Made by a program: the position numbers and the translations under genes. DNA of 61,942 nt, counting the filler. It is 4 parts of 4 records of this genome, joined end to end, with 100 filler letters (N's around TTAATTAATTAA, not from the genome) between each part and the next. Parts side by side here need not be neighbours in the genome. Positions count along the whole stretch, not along the records: positions 1 to 22,006 come from DRR378314_242; positions 22,107 to 34,456 come from DRR378314_249; 2 more parts are not named here. One strand, written 5' to 3'. Shown one piece after another: positions 12,770 through 25,200 of the stretch; the first letter of the stretch is position 1; each line of letters begins with the position of its first letter. The notes under the pieces were generated by a model that saw only the letters and a program-made list of their open reading frames with translations, was not told the origin of the DNA and searched no databases.

Positions 12770-15700
12770 ATGGGAGGCGATCAAGCGTCGGAAGGCTATG
12801 GAGTATTGCAGGTTTGCGCTCTTCTTGCTTGCTGGCGGCGCGTCGCACTGCGGTGTAGCGCGCACAAGGCGACGCTCACGGCAGTTTGCATCTCTCCTTC
12901 ACAAGGATACCTATTCGTGATTATCTTTAGACGTTTGTTTGAGAGTACAAGTCTGACGACGGCGCGCTCGAGGCAGTGCACTCTGTCGAGGTTCTGCGCG
13001 CTGTTGCTTTGTGCTTCTGAGCTCTTTGCGAAACCACAACGAGTGCCGGCTCGCCACTCGCGTTCCGCCTCTCATGGCCGTGCGCTCTGTTTCGCTCCCG
13101 CTTCTCCACCATCCGTCTGAAACTAGGTGTTCTATGTGAGTGCCTTTGTTTTCCTATGCGCATTGGTATGGTTCATTGCAGAGCGCATGAAGCGCATATT
13201 ATCTGTTGAAGGCGCACTGCTGGGGTCTGGTGTGGGTCTTGCGGAGCGAGGTTTGTTTGCGTGATGCACGCGTTGTTGCCATTTCCGTGCCACGCTGAAC
13301 GACTGGCGCGTAAACGGTGGCTAGCCACAGTTTCTCTGCAGGTGGGCGAAATTCTCCGATCTCCACCCTACAGATTTAGTTGTTGGAACGTATATTTGCG
13401 TTCTTGACAACTTACTCCAGCTCTCTGATGATGCCATGGAAAATTGATTCGGGGTGCACGCGCGAGCAGTGCTCGGATTCTTGGTGGCTGGTTTGCTGAC
13501 AGGCTGGCGATGGCTCGCGGTGTCCTCTCTGTCTTCCTGTGCTCGCTCTCCTGGTACTGGGTCGCAGGGACGCCAATTCGAACCGCTCGCGCGGCGTTCC
13601 ATGAGCTGCGCGCACGGTTCCATAACTTTTTGCGCATTGATAATGAGGAGGTTCTCGAGAAGTGCGGTGTGGACGGGGCGGTGTACTTGGCCATCGTCAA
13701 GCGCTGCGGCATTGTTGCAGGAGCACTCACGGTCGTCGGGCTTGTTGCACTGCTTCCGGTGCGTTGCTGCCGGGCGCTGCTTTTTTCGTTTTTTTACTTC
13801 GGCTATTCATTGCCTTGGAATCGCTGGTTCTGTCCTCGGGGTCCGGTGCTGGTGTATGTCCGTAAAACGGGTCGCATATGCTCGCGCGTTCTTCGTTGCA
13901 TCGTATGGCGGCGCGGTTGGTATAGTCTCGCTCGTCCGCGTGCGCACTGCGAAGTGCATTGCCAAGGTACCTTCTACCCTGCGGATATGCAGTGGATTGT
14001 GGGAAGTCGTGCTTGCTGCGCACAACTATTCTATGACAGGCGAGGTGAAGCTGCGTATGGGACAAGGTACTCAACAAACGAGAGAGAATGCGGCTGCTAA
14101 TGCGCCTGGTGAGGCATCTGCGCGTGCTCGTTTCCTTCTCCTTCATTCCCGTTGGGGACGTAGGCCAACGTGGAAGGTGGAGACCTGAGCTCATCGGGGC
14201 CGTTTGCGTCAACCACCATATCCCATTTGAAAGCAGACTCGAATATCTACTGGTTGCATGCCATCGCCGCTATCTGTGCTATTGGATTTGTGCTGCATTC
14301 GCTGTTTCACGTGCGAAATTTGCTCGTACGTGGGCTTGAGCGGCATAGGTGCGGCGCGTGCTGCTGGGTGTACCCAACGCATTTACTTGCCGCGCTGTCC
14401 ACTACGTCGTGCTCATGCAGACGCGCGCGCGAGAGTCCAAAGCTATAGAATAGACCATCGGGATTGCGTGAGATGGTGGGGCGATCCCGATAAGCCGTTG
14501 TGGGACTGCCATGCTTGTTTGGCAGAGAGCGGACGTGCAACGTAGTCTCCGCTACGCTCTTGCGCTTTGTACTTCTTCTTCTTGTCCTGCTGGCCAAGTG
14601 CGTTTAGAACATGCACGTCGCTGCCTTTGTGTCGTAACGAATGAGAGTGATGGGGTAGACAGAGAACATTTGTTGCTATGTATGGAACAAATGATAGCGC
14701 GTTGGTGCTCTTGATTGAAGCGAAGCGTTCCTTGCCTCTCTGCCCTGATCGCCCTCACCTGGCAAGTTTTTGCACATTGCTGCGTTGCAGTATGTGGCAG
14801 CGATGTCCTGCGACACCCCCCCCCGGCTCTCTTTCCCTTCCATACGAAAAACGGTACCAAGCATAGGCATACCTTTGATCAGTGGACTCATGTTGAATAT
14901 ATCTTGTTGCTTGCGTTGTTCTTTGTCGTTGGACCGTGTCTCTTTTCAGATCACGCTCGCCTGTAACGGATTGCGCTCTTCATATTTCCGGTGTCCCGCG
15001 CACGATCGTGGATGGTGGGGAGTTCGAAGCGTTGGTCAGCTCGCTTGCGCCGGACAAGGTCGTTGCCTGCTATCTAATAATGGACCAATGTGATCTGCTT
15101 GAAGCTCGTCGTGCTGTGGAGAGCGCACGCGATAGGCTGGATGCTGCGCGCGAGCGGCGTAATCGTAGGCGCGGCCTCTGTGGCGACGTGTGCGGAACGA
15201 CGAGCGTTGCTGAGCGCGAGGCCCTTCTTGCAAAGGTACGTCATCTCGCACGATGCTCCCTGAATTGTAGTAGATTTTGTGAGCGGCATGCTTCGTTCCA
15301 TGGATGACAGCATGTGTCTTATCTGTAGATTTCTTGCCTGCACTTTTGGGAACGGCATTACTTCTTGCAGCAGCGGAGTATCTTGCCGTAGCTGTGCTGT
15401 GTTCCGTGAAGAGGGAGTTGCGGCGGAAACCCACCCGAGAGGCACTGCCTCTTCGTTATGTGCCCTGTTGCTTCGATTTCGACACTGATGTGCATTCATG
15501 TGCGCGATCAAGGCGATGAAGCTTGTCTCATAGCGAATTGGCGGTGCTTGCGCGCGGGTTTCCAAGTCTGAATCTGTTCCTATCGCTGTGGCTTGTGGCG
15601 TGGGCGCTTCTTTCTCTCACTGACTGCCAGGCACTTTCGCGTGAGGAGGAACTGGCGGGCATCGTACCCGAGCCGACGGGAGAAGCGTTCCTGATTCTTA

Positions 15701-17860
15701 CTTCACCAGAAGATGCGAGCGAGTTCCAGGACCAGTTTCGCTCGTGCGCGTCCACCGAGGTGTGTATGTGTACGTGTGGGAGTGGGGCCGATAGCGTACC
15801 AGTGGCTCCTCGAGTCCGCTGGTGACGCTGGAAACCAGCACGTGGTACTTTGTGCGTGCAGGAACCGCTAGCTACTGTGGAGTGCACATGCCCGATCGAA
15901 GAGTGGCTGCGAAGTATTGTTGTTCCTGCAGGTTATAGAGGCTGAAGCGCAAAGGGATACGCTGGCAGGGCGCACGCGACAAGAAGAGTTTCGTGCGTAT
16001 GCGCGAGCCTGTGTGCCACTCATGCGCGCTCTCTGCAGCGTTTTTTCTTCGTCTGATCAACATTTTTTGTTCTTTACTTTCCTTTGTGAAGCGAAGCTTA
16101 CGGAGTGTGAGCTTATGTACGCAAATATATAGCATTGGGTGTTGCGCGGATGCGGCCGGGCGGAGCTCTGCCTGTTGCAGTCTTCGATCCGCCCGTGGCA
16201 TGCTTGCGTTGTGCTTTGCTGCGCTTAGCGTTGTGTGCGCCGCTATTTGGGGTGCCTATTATTGGTGGGCGAACTTGGCAGTCGACGGTGAGAAGTTTTC
16301 TGTGTTGTGGGCATGGACGAATGGAGATTTTCGAGATGCACATGCGTTATCGATACTCATGTTGTTGGGGTTTCCGGTTGGTATTGCGCTCGATGCTGAC
16401 GCGGTGGTTTCTGTGTTTACGTTTATGACAGGCTGGTACGAAGCTATCGGTTGGTTCGTGGATTGTTCGTCCGGCGCCCGACGCGAGTGACATTGCGTGG
16501 GAAAACTTCCGAGCTGCGTGGATGGGAACAACACGCCGCCGCGCTCGTTCCGTCACCTTGAACGCTGGTATAGCGTTTGTCTTGTTTTTCTTCACCTCAC
16601 CAATGGCTCTGTGGGCAGGGGTGAACCACATGGCGCACTCTGATGGTACGATGCGCGCGGCAGGCATGGGAGAGGCCGGAGGTGTCGCGTCCGGGTGGCG
16701 AGTGCGTGCGTGCGCCGGGTGTAACTCCCTCGACTTCCGTAATCTGCGCGCTGTGGCTGCGATAGCCCTCGTTTGCTTGATGCGAGATTGCGCGGTGGTG
16801 GCGGGAGGGCTCGGTGCTAGCGCACAGCAATCACATGTGTATTTGTGGTTGCAGAATGCGCGCCTGACGTTGCGGTTTCCTTTGTGTGTGCGCGTGCTGA
16901 TGGCTTCCGTGTCCTCCGAATGCAGGTGATTACGGGGCGCTGGACGGGCTTTTGAACCATGTGCGCGATTTTTCGCCGGGGCTTGCTTCGTTTCTCTTTG
17001 CGTATCTTCCTTCACTAGTTGTTATTCTCGGCAACGTTGCCATTTCGTACATCCTCTTTATTTCCACGACAATGGAACGACACCGGACGCGCAGCGCGCG
17101 CGACCTTGGGCTGATGCGGAAGACGTTTTTCTACCTCTTTCTGAATGTCGTGGTGCTCCCCGCGCTCCTTCTGGGGTCGCTGGACGCCATTGTGAAGACT
17201 GCTCGCTCGCACAACGAGTCTGTTGTCGACCTACTAGGATCGATGTTTCTGGTGAATTCCGGCGCATTCTTCGTCAACGTTCTGATCCAGAGCGCTTTTC
17301 TTACGAGTGCGCTGGAGCTTGTGCAAGTTGCTGCCTTGGCAACGCGGCGGATGCGGAAGCTTCGCGCGGAGACTTCGCGCGAAAAGGAGCGGGCAGCAAT
17401 GTACGACCCGTTCGACTACGGCGGACAGTACGCGTATGTTCTTGTCAATTTTGCCGTGCTGTTGACATTTTGGGTCATGTGCCCGCTGATTGCGCCGGCG
17501 GCGTTGCTATTTTTCACTATCAAGTACTCGGTAGACAAGTACAATTTGCTCGAGGTGCATCCGAAGGAGTACGAGAGCGCGCAGCTGCCTTGCGCGCATG
17601 GCGCGCACAACATTGTGCTCTTTATTGTTCTGTTTGCCGAGGTCGCGCTTCTTGGGTTCTTCTCGCTCAAAGAGCGGTATGGTCTAGTTGCCATGCTCGC
17701 TGTGACGGTGATGGCAACTGCAGTCGAGGGACTGCGGTTGCTGCGATGGCGACCGTCGCTTGCTGGGCTTGGGAGCGAGAGCATGCCGGATGCAATGGCT
17801 CAGCGTGCGGTACTGCTGCGGCAGTCTCGCGGGTACGCGTTTCCGGATGCCACGCGCTGA
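12770..17860 (+). CDS. OSCA/TMEM63 (CSC1/RSN1) family mechanosensitive/osmosensitive channel
   Basis: Exons ~12770-12811, ~13127-13229 (TM0 VFYVSAFVFLCALVWF), 13568-13758 (EVLEKCGVDGAVYL), 14164-14348 (FASTTISHL...YWLH), 14950-15235, 15631-15759, 15932-15992, 16181-16287, ~16432-16645 (APDASDIAWEN), 16927-17860 (ERHRTRS, FFVNVLIQ, FDYGGQYAY, KYSVDKYNLL). Hallmark RSN1_TM and RSN1_7TM motifs. The first two exons are less certain. Confidence 0.9.
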
Positions 17861-18604
17861 GTCCATTCTACAGCAAGTGGAATGCGCCGGCTTCCACTCT
17901 GGCGTGGTGCGTGCTAGCACGTTGTCGCGCACGCGTGCGGCGGCACGCTCGTTCTCATGCAGCGATGGAAGTTGTACGTGTGCGCTCGAGCGTCATTTCG
18001 TCATGTATGTACAGTATATCGGCAGCGTACCGTTACGTTGCCCTAGACAATTACTCGATCAAAACAGCATGCACACAAATACATGGGCAGCTGCGAAACG
18101 GGGCGGGGAGAGACGTGCCGATTGCGCGGCCTCAGGCAGTCTCCAAGCTCGTAGCCTCGCGACAGCGTGTGCTTCAGTCGCACAGCAGAGGCTCTAATTC
18201 TCGGAGGACTATTCGTACAAAAAAAGGGAGGGGAAACCCTGTGCATGGCAGCGGGTATGCGCGCGATCGCAGCAGCTCGCACCCGGAAGGGAGGCGGCGC
18301 AGACGACGTATGTGCACGTTGCCGCCAGCACTGCGCCCGTCTGAAAAAAAATATTATAGGCGATCGGCTTTGCTAAAAAGAGAGAAGAAAAAAATAATCA
18401 CGATGGAACACTATCGGTTCAACTGCCTATCTTCGCCCTGATGCAATGTGGCGAGTGACGCCGCGGGAAAGGGTTTGGGCGGGATGGCAGCTCGACGCTT
18501 CGTACTGTACAAAATTGCGCGGCGCTCAAGTGCTCCGCACAGCGCGCTGCTTCACCGAGTCCAGAACTGAAAGCTCAGGGCGCCTAGCGCCGGCTGTTTG
18601 CCGA

Positions 18605-21600
18605 CTAAGCTGCCGCGTTGGCGTGCACGGAGGCGTGCCGCTCCGGCTTTTTGGCGCGGGTCCACAGCAACGCAGCGCAGACGAGGTGGAGCACACCAAT
18701 GACCATCCAGGAGTACTGCAAGTATTCGACGGTGGTAGCCGAGAACGAACGAAAAAGAGAAAACGGGGGAGGGGGCGTAAGTTGCAAGTCGTCTCTTGCG
18801 CAGGACTGCAAGAGTCGCGCAACGGCGGCGCCCGCGACAGGAAGGAGAACAGCCGACAGTGCAAGCGCTCGAGGCGCTGTGCGGCACTCGTGGCAACGTA
18901 CGCGGATCATGGGCTGTGTGCGGCGGTATGCGTTGTCCGACATGAAAGCAGCAAAGGAGAAAACAAAGGCCCCTGCACAAGAAACGAAAGAGATTTAAAA
19001 AAAAAGAGGGATTGCGCCGTTGCACAGCGTAAGCGGCGCCGAGCATGGGCGTACGTGTGCGCGCGCGAAGCTGTGCACTCCGGCGGGACGGCGTTCGTTG
19101 CGCGCAGACGCACCTGCGTAGAGAAGCGCGCGGCCACGCGCCAGCCAGCGCAGCTTGGCACAGAGCACGTTGATTCGCGACGCGAGCTCAGCGGGCACGC
19201 GAGCGGAGAGCTTCTGGCGCAGCGATGCACCGCAGTCGCGGAGATCCGGCGAAAGTTCAAGCTGTATATGCGGCAACGTGCACATAGGATGGCGACCGGC
19301 GCAGTGTTGCAACGTGAGAAGCAGGCACCTCTTCGCGGTTGCAGGCAAGCGGCCGCAGCAGGTGTCTGCCGCGCGCTAGCTCGCGGGCAACGCCCTCGTG
19401 CGCAGGAGCGGCTGGTGCGCGCGGTGTCGTACCTGGAGATGGTCCCCAAGCGCACTGAGGATCGAAATGAGAATATGGAACAGTCCAAGCGTCACCGTCT
19501 GCATCACCATGCCAGCGACGTAACGGGCCAGTATTGCGGCGGAAAGGGCGCAGGACAGGGGGGCAATGTCAGGTGTTTTTTCCTTTTTTTCTTTCTGCAC
19601 GAGCAAGCTGGACGTTGCCATGGACGCGTTGTTGTTCGTTCGCAGCAGCAGCAGCAGCAGCAGCGAGTCGGGAATTCTTCCGCCACGTACCTCCGAAACC
19701 CCATTATTCTCAAACGTTGCGATAGCGTTCATGACAAGCGAGCAGACCAAAAGCAGCATCGGGAACATACGGCGCGGTACCTGCATCCACGAGCGGATCA
19801 CTGGAGGTCCAAGGCGCGATGGCCACGAGCAGCACGGAACGGGCGCGCGCAAGGGCCCGAAGAGCGGCGTCTGAGCACGGTGCGCGGTTGCGTTGCCTTC
19901 ACCTGGGTGTCCCGGGTTCTGCAGCTATGGGGAGCTTCCCGGGAAGAGGATTAGACTGTCGCTTACGGAGAAGTTCAGTAGCAATATTAGCCTTTCATCA
20001 ACGTACACTGGTGCGCGAAATGGAAAATGATGACGGCGCTCGGCGCCTTGGACGCGACCAGGTGGATTTGGCCGTCGCGATCAGCAGCGACAAAGGGCGG
20101 AGCAAGTGGCGCCATGCAGGCGAGCGACAGCAGCACGCCCGCAAGTCCCGCGCTCAAGGCGACGAAGAAAATATTGAGAAGTCGCAACGTTTCTGCACGC
20201 AATCCACAATCGGTGCACAGAGGAGGCATGTGAGGACGGCTGGGGGACGTGCGCGGCGCAACGGTGTGCGTTCCCGCGGTTTGCGACAACAGCACTTGGA
20301 GAGGTGGTCGGGCAAGGCGAACATCTAGATCAGCGGTTGCCGTACTTACCTTGCTTCGCGCAATAGCGCATTCCCCCCTTTGCGTCGCGCCTGCAACAAA
20401 GTATAATCAGCACACAAGGGCGTCTGGAGTGAGAACCCACATCTCGCTATCCATTTTTCGCGCATCCTGGCGGCACTCAATTGGCTGCTCGCTAGTTCTC
20501 GGCGTCTCGACCGGACAGACACACACGGTTTGTGGGCTGACTGTTCCTACGCACGGCGTGGCGTTTGACAGCAGCCACTTGCGGGGCGTGGGCGACGGCG
20601 AGCAGCAAGGCGTGCCAGCGTGCACAGGCGCTTCTCCCCTCCTGCGCTTCTACGCTAGGTCGCCAACTAGCTGCTCGTTCGCCCACCGCAAACTGACGGC
20701 GGCGGCGCCGCCTCCGCACAGAGGAGGCGATATGCTGGCTCATATGCACAAAACTGCAAGCGCTGCAGCGCAAGAATGCGGTTCTGGTACTGTGCGTAAA
20801 CGCGACGGGGTCAACGGGGCGCCGCTACGAAGACGGGGCTGCAAGCACTAGCGCTTGCTTGCGCACACAAGCGGAGGCGTTCGGAGGGCGGTGCAACGAA
20901 CAAAGACGAGACGGGACCTGAGAGACTGGCAGGCCTTCGCGGGGCACGCGACAAGGCCTGCGGAGCCGCGTGGGTTCGCCGCGCGCGCACCGAGGCGCTG
21001 GCCTGCTGACGTTCGCTACGCGTGGTCTGGCGCGTGATTATCCAATGCGAAACGGCCTTTACTGCCTACTTTCCGAAAGAGAAGTTTGTATCTTCACATT
21101 GGCCATGCGAGAATAAACGATATAAACGGGCAGCTGGGAAGGTTGCAGAGTAGTAGCGCAGCTTGGCGGGATCGAACGTACCAGCCTGGTCGCCGCAGGA
21201 GCACTACGAACGCGGCCGCGCCTGCGCCGAGCAGGAGGCCGAACCCGCACTGGATCATGCAGAGGTTCTTGGGGTCCACAATGACTTTCAAAAAAGCGTT
21301 TGCTGCAGCGTACATAGCCTGTACATCGATGGTGTACGTGTAACAGATAAACACGAATAAGTTGTGCGCGTGACGGATTTTTGGCAGCATTGGGCGGCGC
21401 GCACGGCACGTGCAGAGCGCGGGAACGTCTTGTTGCACAAAGTGGCCTGGAACACGCGGGAGAGAAGTTTTGCAGTGGCAACCACCGCTCCCGCTGCGCG
21501 CCGCGTACCATGACTCGAGGGTGCTTTCGACTGTTTTTCGCGTACGGGCCGAATATATGCGCAATAGAATATGCCAGAAGAGGAATGAACAAAGCTGGAA

Positions 21601-21605
21601 TCCAC
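18605..21605 (-). CDS. Hypothetical multi-pass membrane protein; 5' end uncertain, possibly lost in the gap
   Basis: Series of hydrophobic GT-AG exons: WIPALFIPLLAYSIAHIFGP; AMYAAANAFLK...GFGLLLGAGAAAFVVLLRRPGW; ETLRLLNIFFVALSAGLAGVLLSLACM; MFPMLLLVCSLVMNAIATF; TVTLGLFHILISILSALG; terminal YSWMVIGVLHLVCAALLWTRAKKPERHASVHANAAA* (stop at 18605). Some junction phases are unresolved. Confidence 0.55.
19642..19664. repeat. (CAG)n microsatellite, about 7 units, intronic
   Basis: gcagcagcagcagcagcagcagc seen directly. Confidence 0.8.
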
Positions 21606-22006
21606 TGTAATCACCGGTCGTGGGGGCGATCAGAGTGCGTCAGGAATAAATCGGCACGGGCTGGCGTGAGTGGACGGAGAAGCGAGGAAAGGCGAGGGCG
21701 CACGGGCTCCAGTGGGGCAAGGCACGTGGTTGATGGCTACGCGAGGAATTTCTGTGGTTGTCTCCCGCCGGGAGGGCACAAGCGGTACCAATTCGGCACC
21801 TCAGGACGGCGGCTGGAACAGGTGGAGCGTGGGAGCGCTGGGGGATCTCTTGGAGCCCGCTACCACGAGTGCGGCGGCTCAACGGACGGAACGGAAACCC
21901 CAGCTCTACGAAACGCGCCTGCCTCCGCCGCTCAAAAGGAGGTTGCAAGCCTGCCTTGTCAGTGCAAATGACTGACCCCTGATGTTCGAGATGTTTCCCC
22001 GCCCTA

Positions 22007-22106
22007 NNNNNNNNNNNNNNNNNNNNNNNNNNNNNNNNNNNNNNNNNNNNTTAATTAATTAANNNNNNNNNNNNNNNNNNNNNNNNNNNNNNNNNNNNNN
22101 NNNNNN
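22007..22106. other. Artificial assembly spacer N44-TTAATTAATTAA-N44
   Basis: Exactly 100 bp; the palindromic 12-mer puts stops in all six frames; identical at three places. Confidence 0.97.
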
Positions 22107-22222
22107 CTTGTGTAATCCAGCCAAGCCGTTGTGCAGAAGTATTTACCTTTCCACACGCGCTCGCTAATGTAGCGCAAATACCGGAAATCTACCGGGCATG
22201 GCTCGCATAATCGTCCCCACAG

Positions 22223-25200
22223 GTGCCGAAGCGACTGGAAAAGGCCTGCGGAGAGAGCTCGTGCGAGCAAGTTTCTTGTGGTATCCATCACACGCTGGCT
22301 CTGAGTGGTACGTTTCTTCGGGTGCAAGAACTTGCGCGCGAACATTAAGCAGGTGTATGTACAGCTATGGCAATGTGTATATTACAGGCATTCGCGTATT
22401 GCTTCAGAAATGGATCGTATTTAGCTTTGGGACATGACCATGAGGACGTGCGTGCGGCGTGTGCACGCCGCCGCCAGCTCGCTTTCCGTCGCACGACATC
22501 GCGATCCACACTGTCTGTGTACCATATTTCTGTTGGAACTCTGCGCGGCATGCAGCAAAGCAAGAGGTATTCGCGTGGGGAACAGGGGAAGGAGGCACGC
22601 TTGGACTTGGGCCAGTCAATCGGGCTCTCTCTCCTCAGCGGATCAATGAGCTAGAAAATTGCGGTATCGTGCGCGTACAAAGCGGAGGGTTCCACTCGCT
22701 TGCGCTGTCAGGTGCGGAGCACTGAGCTGCAGAGTGCTGCAGCGTACCTCGCGCGCCCTCGTGTCTCTCCACAACGCACGATGCAAGAAGCAAGCCTGCC
22801 GTTGTACGCATGTTCCTACTATTTCAGAGATCCAAGATATAAGATATTGATATGAAATGCGCCTTTTCCACGTCACACCCAGGGAACGGCGTGTTGTACT
22901 CATGGGGAAGCGACGAAAAGGGCCAGCTTGGCCACGGAGGCGAATCTACAGGTAAATCTCGTCTGGGCAAGTTTCGTGGCCGCGTATCCTGGATGCTGCG
23001 GTGCGAAACAAGGAACCGACGTACTGGCCCTGCGTATAAGAGCTTCTTATATAGTACGCGCTACAAACATATGACTATGGTATGGTCTTGTAATCTAGGA
23101 GAAAAGAGCATCTTGCCACTGTGTTTTTCTCATTGTCTGCAATCCCGTGGAAGTAAAGTCCAGCGTGTCTGAGGCTCCAAAAGCAGGGGCAGCTTTGGTG
23201 ACGAATACGTTTGCTTGAAGGGACGTGTTGCTCCCTTCCCCTTGTGATACTGCAATCGCTTTGGTAAGAGAAACCATGGTTCCTACAACGATGGGGTATC
23301 GCCCATTGTTTCTATGCAGCTCAATAATCTCGAGAAACACCATACTACACGAATAGGGGCGAAGAACGTACGCCAGCGTTGAGGTAGCGCAGTCAGCGCG
23401 CGCACCACTACCAGCTTCCCATGTGGCCGCATGCAGTGCAGTGCAGTGCAGTGCAGCCAGCCCTTATCGATGCGATTTCTCTTCGACCAACCAATCCTAC
23501 AGTTACAGCTCCCAAACAGGTTATGTCTCTCAAGTCTGCGTGTGTGGACTATGTGGCTGCTGGAATGCACCACTCGGCGGCGATCTTAGGTGAGTCGCAA
23601 TAGCGGTGCCTCGCGGAAATGCAAGTAAGATTATTCCGTTCGCTCTTTGAGCGCCATTCGGAACTCTACTGCGTTCACCACCGAGTGCACAGCGGATGGC
23701 CGGCAGTTGGGACAAGCGCGGTCACTCCGGGTCTGGGAAAAATTGGTACTTGCATGTACGCGATGTAGGATTTCAAGGTGGATATGCGTGAATTCTCGAC
23801 TATTTTTTTCTCCCTCTTACTTCTGCAGAAACTGGCACCGTCGTAACATTCGGCTGTGGCGAATATGGACGGCTCGGCCACGGTGACGAGCGCGACAACC
23901 CGCATCCAAAATCTGTCGCCCTTCTCCTGTCCAAGAAAGCACGAAAGGTAAGAATGTGCGTATAAGACTCGATCAGAGAGCCAAGTATACTTCATTCACT
24001 TCACTTGAAAAACTTACCTGCATCACATGTACGCTTACTTGGAGCACTGCGTGCCGTAGTCTGCTCTGCCCCAGCGGCGCACAATGGGATCACACGCAAT
24101 CCAAATCGCACGTAAGCTGCTATTCACGCAAGTACGTCGCCGCTGTGCGGCCTCATCTACCCATTGATTGACTTCTTTCTTGGATTATTTTCGCGTAATG
24201 TTGTACGATATAGGTTGTGTGTGGGGGATTCCATACACTTGTGCTGACAGGCGCCGAGGAAATCGACGACGTTGAGGGCGATGACGAGAGTACTCGTTTC
24301 CCGGTACGGCATACCGACGAACAGGGAAGGCTGCCAAGTGCTCCTGGGCAGAAAAGAGTGCATTCTTCTTCCCTTGGAGATTATCAAGGTAGATGTTCTA
24401 TCAGCCATAGATTTACCCGTGTATAGGGTTACGCAATTGCAATGAATAGGTCTTCACCTCGACGTGTAGTTTGTTGCGTCTGATGGAAAATCCGCACGAA
24501 ACCCGTCGCTGAAAGCGTGAAGTGTAGAGGCCTTGCCTCCACCCGCTTGAAAGCAGTCTCTACGCGCACCGCGCACACCCTCCTCCCAATAAATATAGCA
24601 GATGCAAGGCAGTTATCACCAACATGAATGCTCCCTCCCTTGTGCGTTTCTTGTGCGTCCCATAAATACAGGAGGAAGGAGCCAGCCATGTCGACGACAG
24701 TAGCGGGCAGAGGGAGGTGCGCTCCCCGCGTGAATCGGCGCAGGTCCACATATCATTTTACTTTGAATTGAGTGATCATCGACGCTCTGGCAAGTCGTGA
24801 CAGGGAGCTGGCTTCTGCAGGCATATGTCAGCTGCTGCTTGCTTACATTCTGACTGACTCTCGTATCTCATAACGATGTCGCGAATATTATCTGAAGGGC
24901 AATGCTATTCTACAAAAGCAGGTGCGCCTACTTGAAGAGCGACGAAGAGCCGACCGAATGCGGATGAAACAGCTCGTGGAGGAATCCAAACACCTGCGAA
25001 GGTGCGTGCTCTTCTCCCGGCCCTTATTTATCCTAGTACTGTGTAGATATGCAAAATCAACTTCCGAGAGACATTTTCCAAGTCCTGTGCCACGTACACA
25101 CATGAGCAAGTGAGAGAATTCTGCATGGGTTTGCACGTGCCGAAGTGCGCAAATGGCGAAAGTGCGCACGTTCCTCTGCTTTCCTATACTTCTTTTCATG

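Noticed and set aside
13426..13499. Possible intronic C/D snoRNA (TGATGA...CTGA)
   Set aside because: Imperfect C box, no stem or guide match; CTGAC is probably a branch-point-like motif.
18446..19954. 502-aa plus-strand ORF
   Set aside because: Arg/Ala-rich with no motif, and antisense to the spliced membrane-protein gene; a shadow ORF typical of GC-rich DNA.
22051..22062. Repeated palindrome TTAATTAATTAA as a mobile-element target or regulatory site
   Set aside because: Always centred in exactly 44+44 Ns; an assembly linker.
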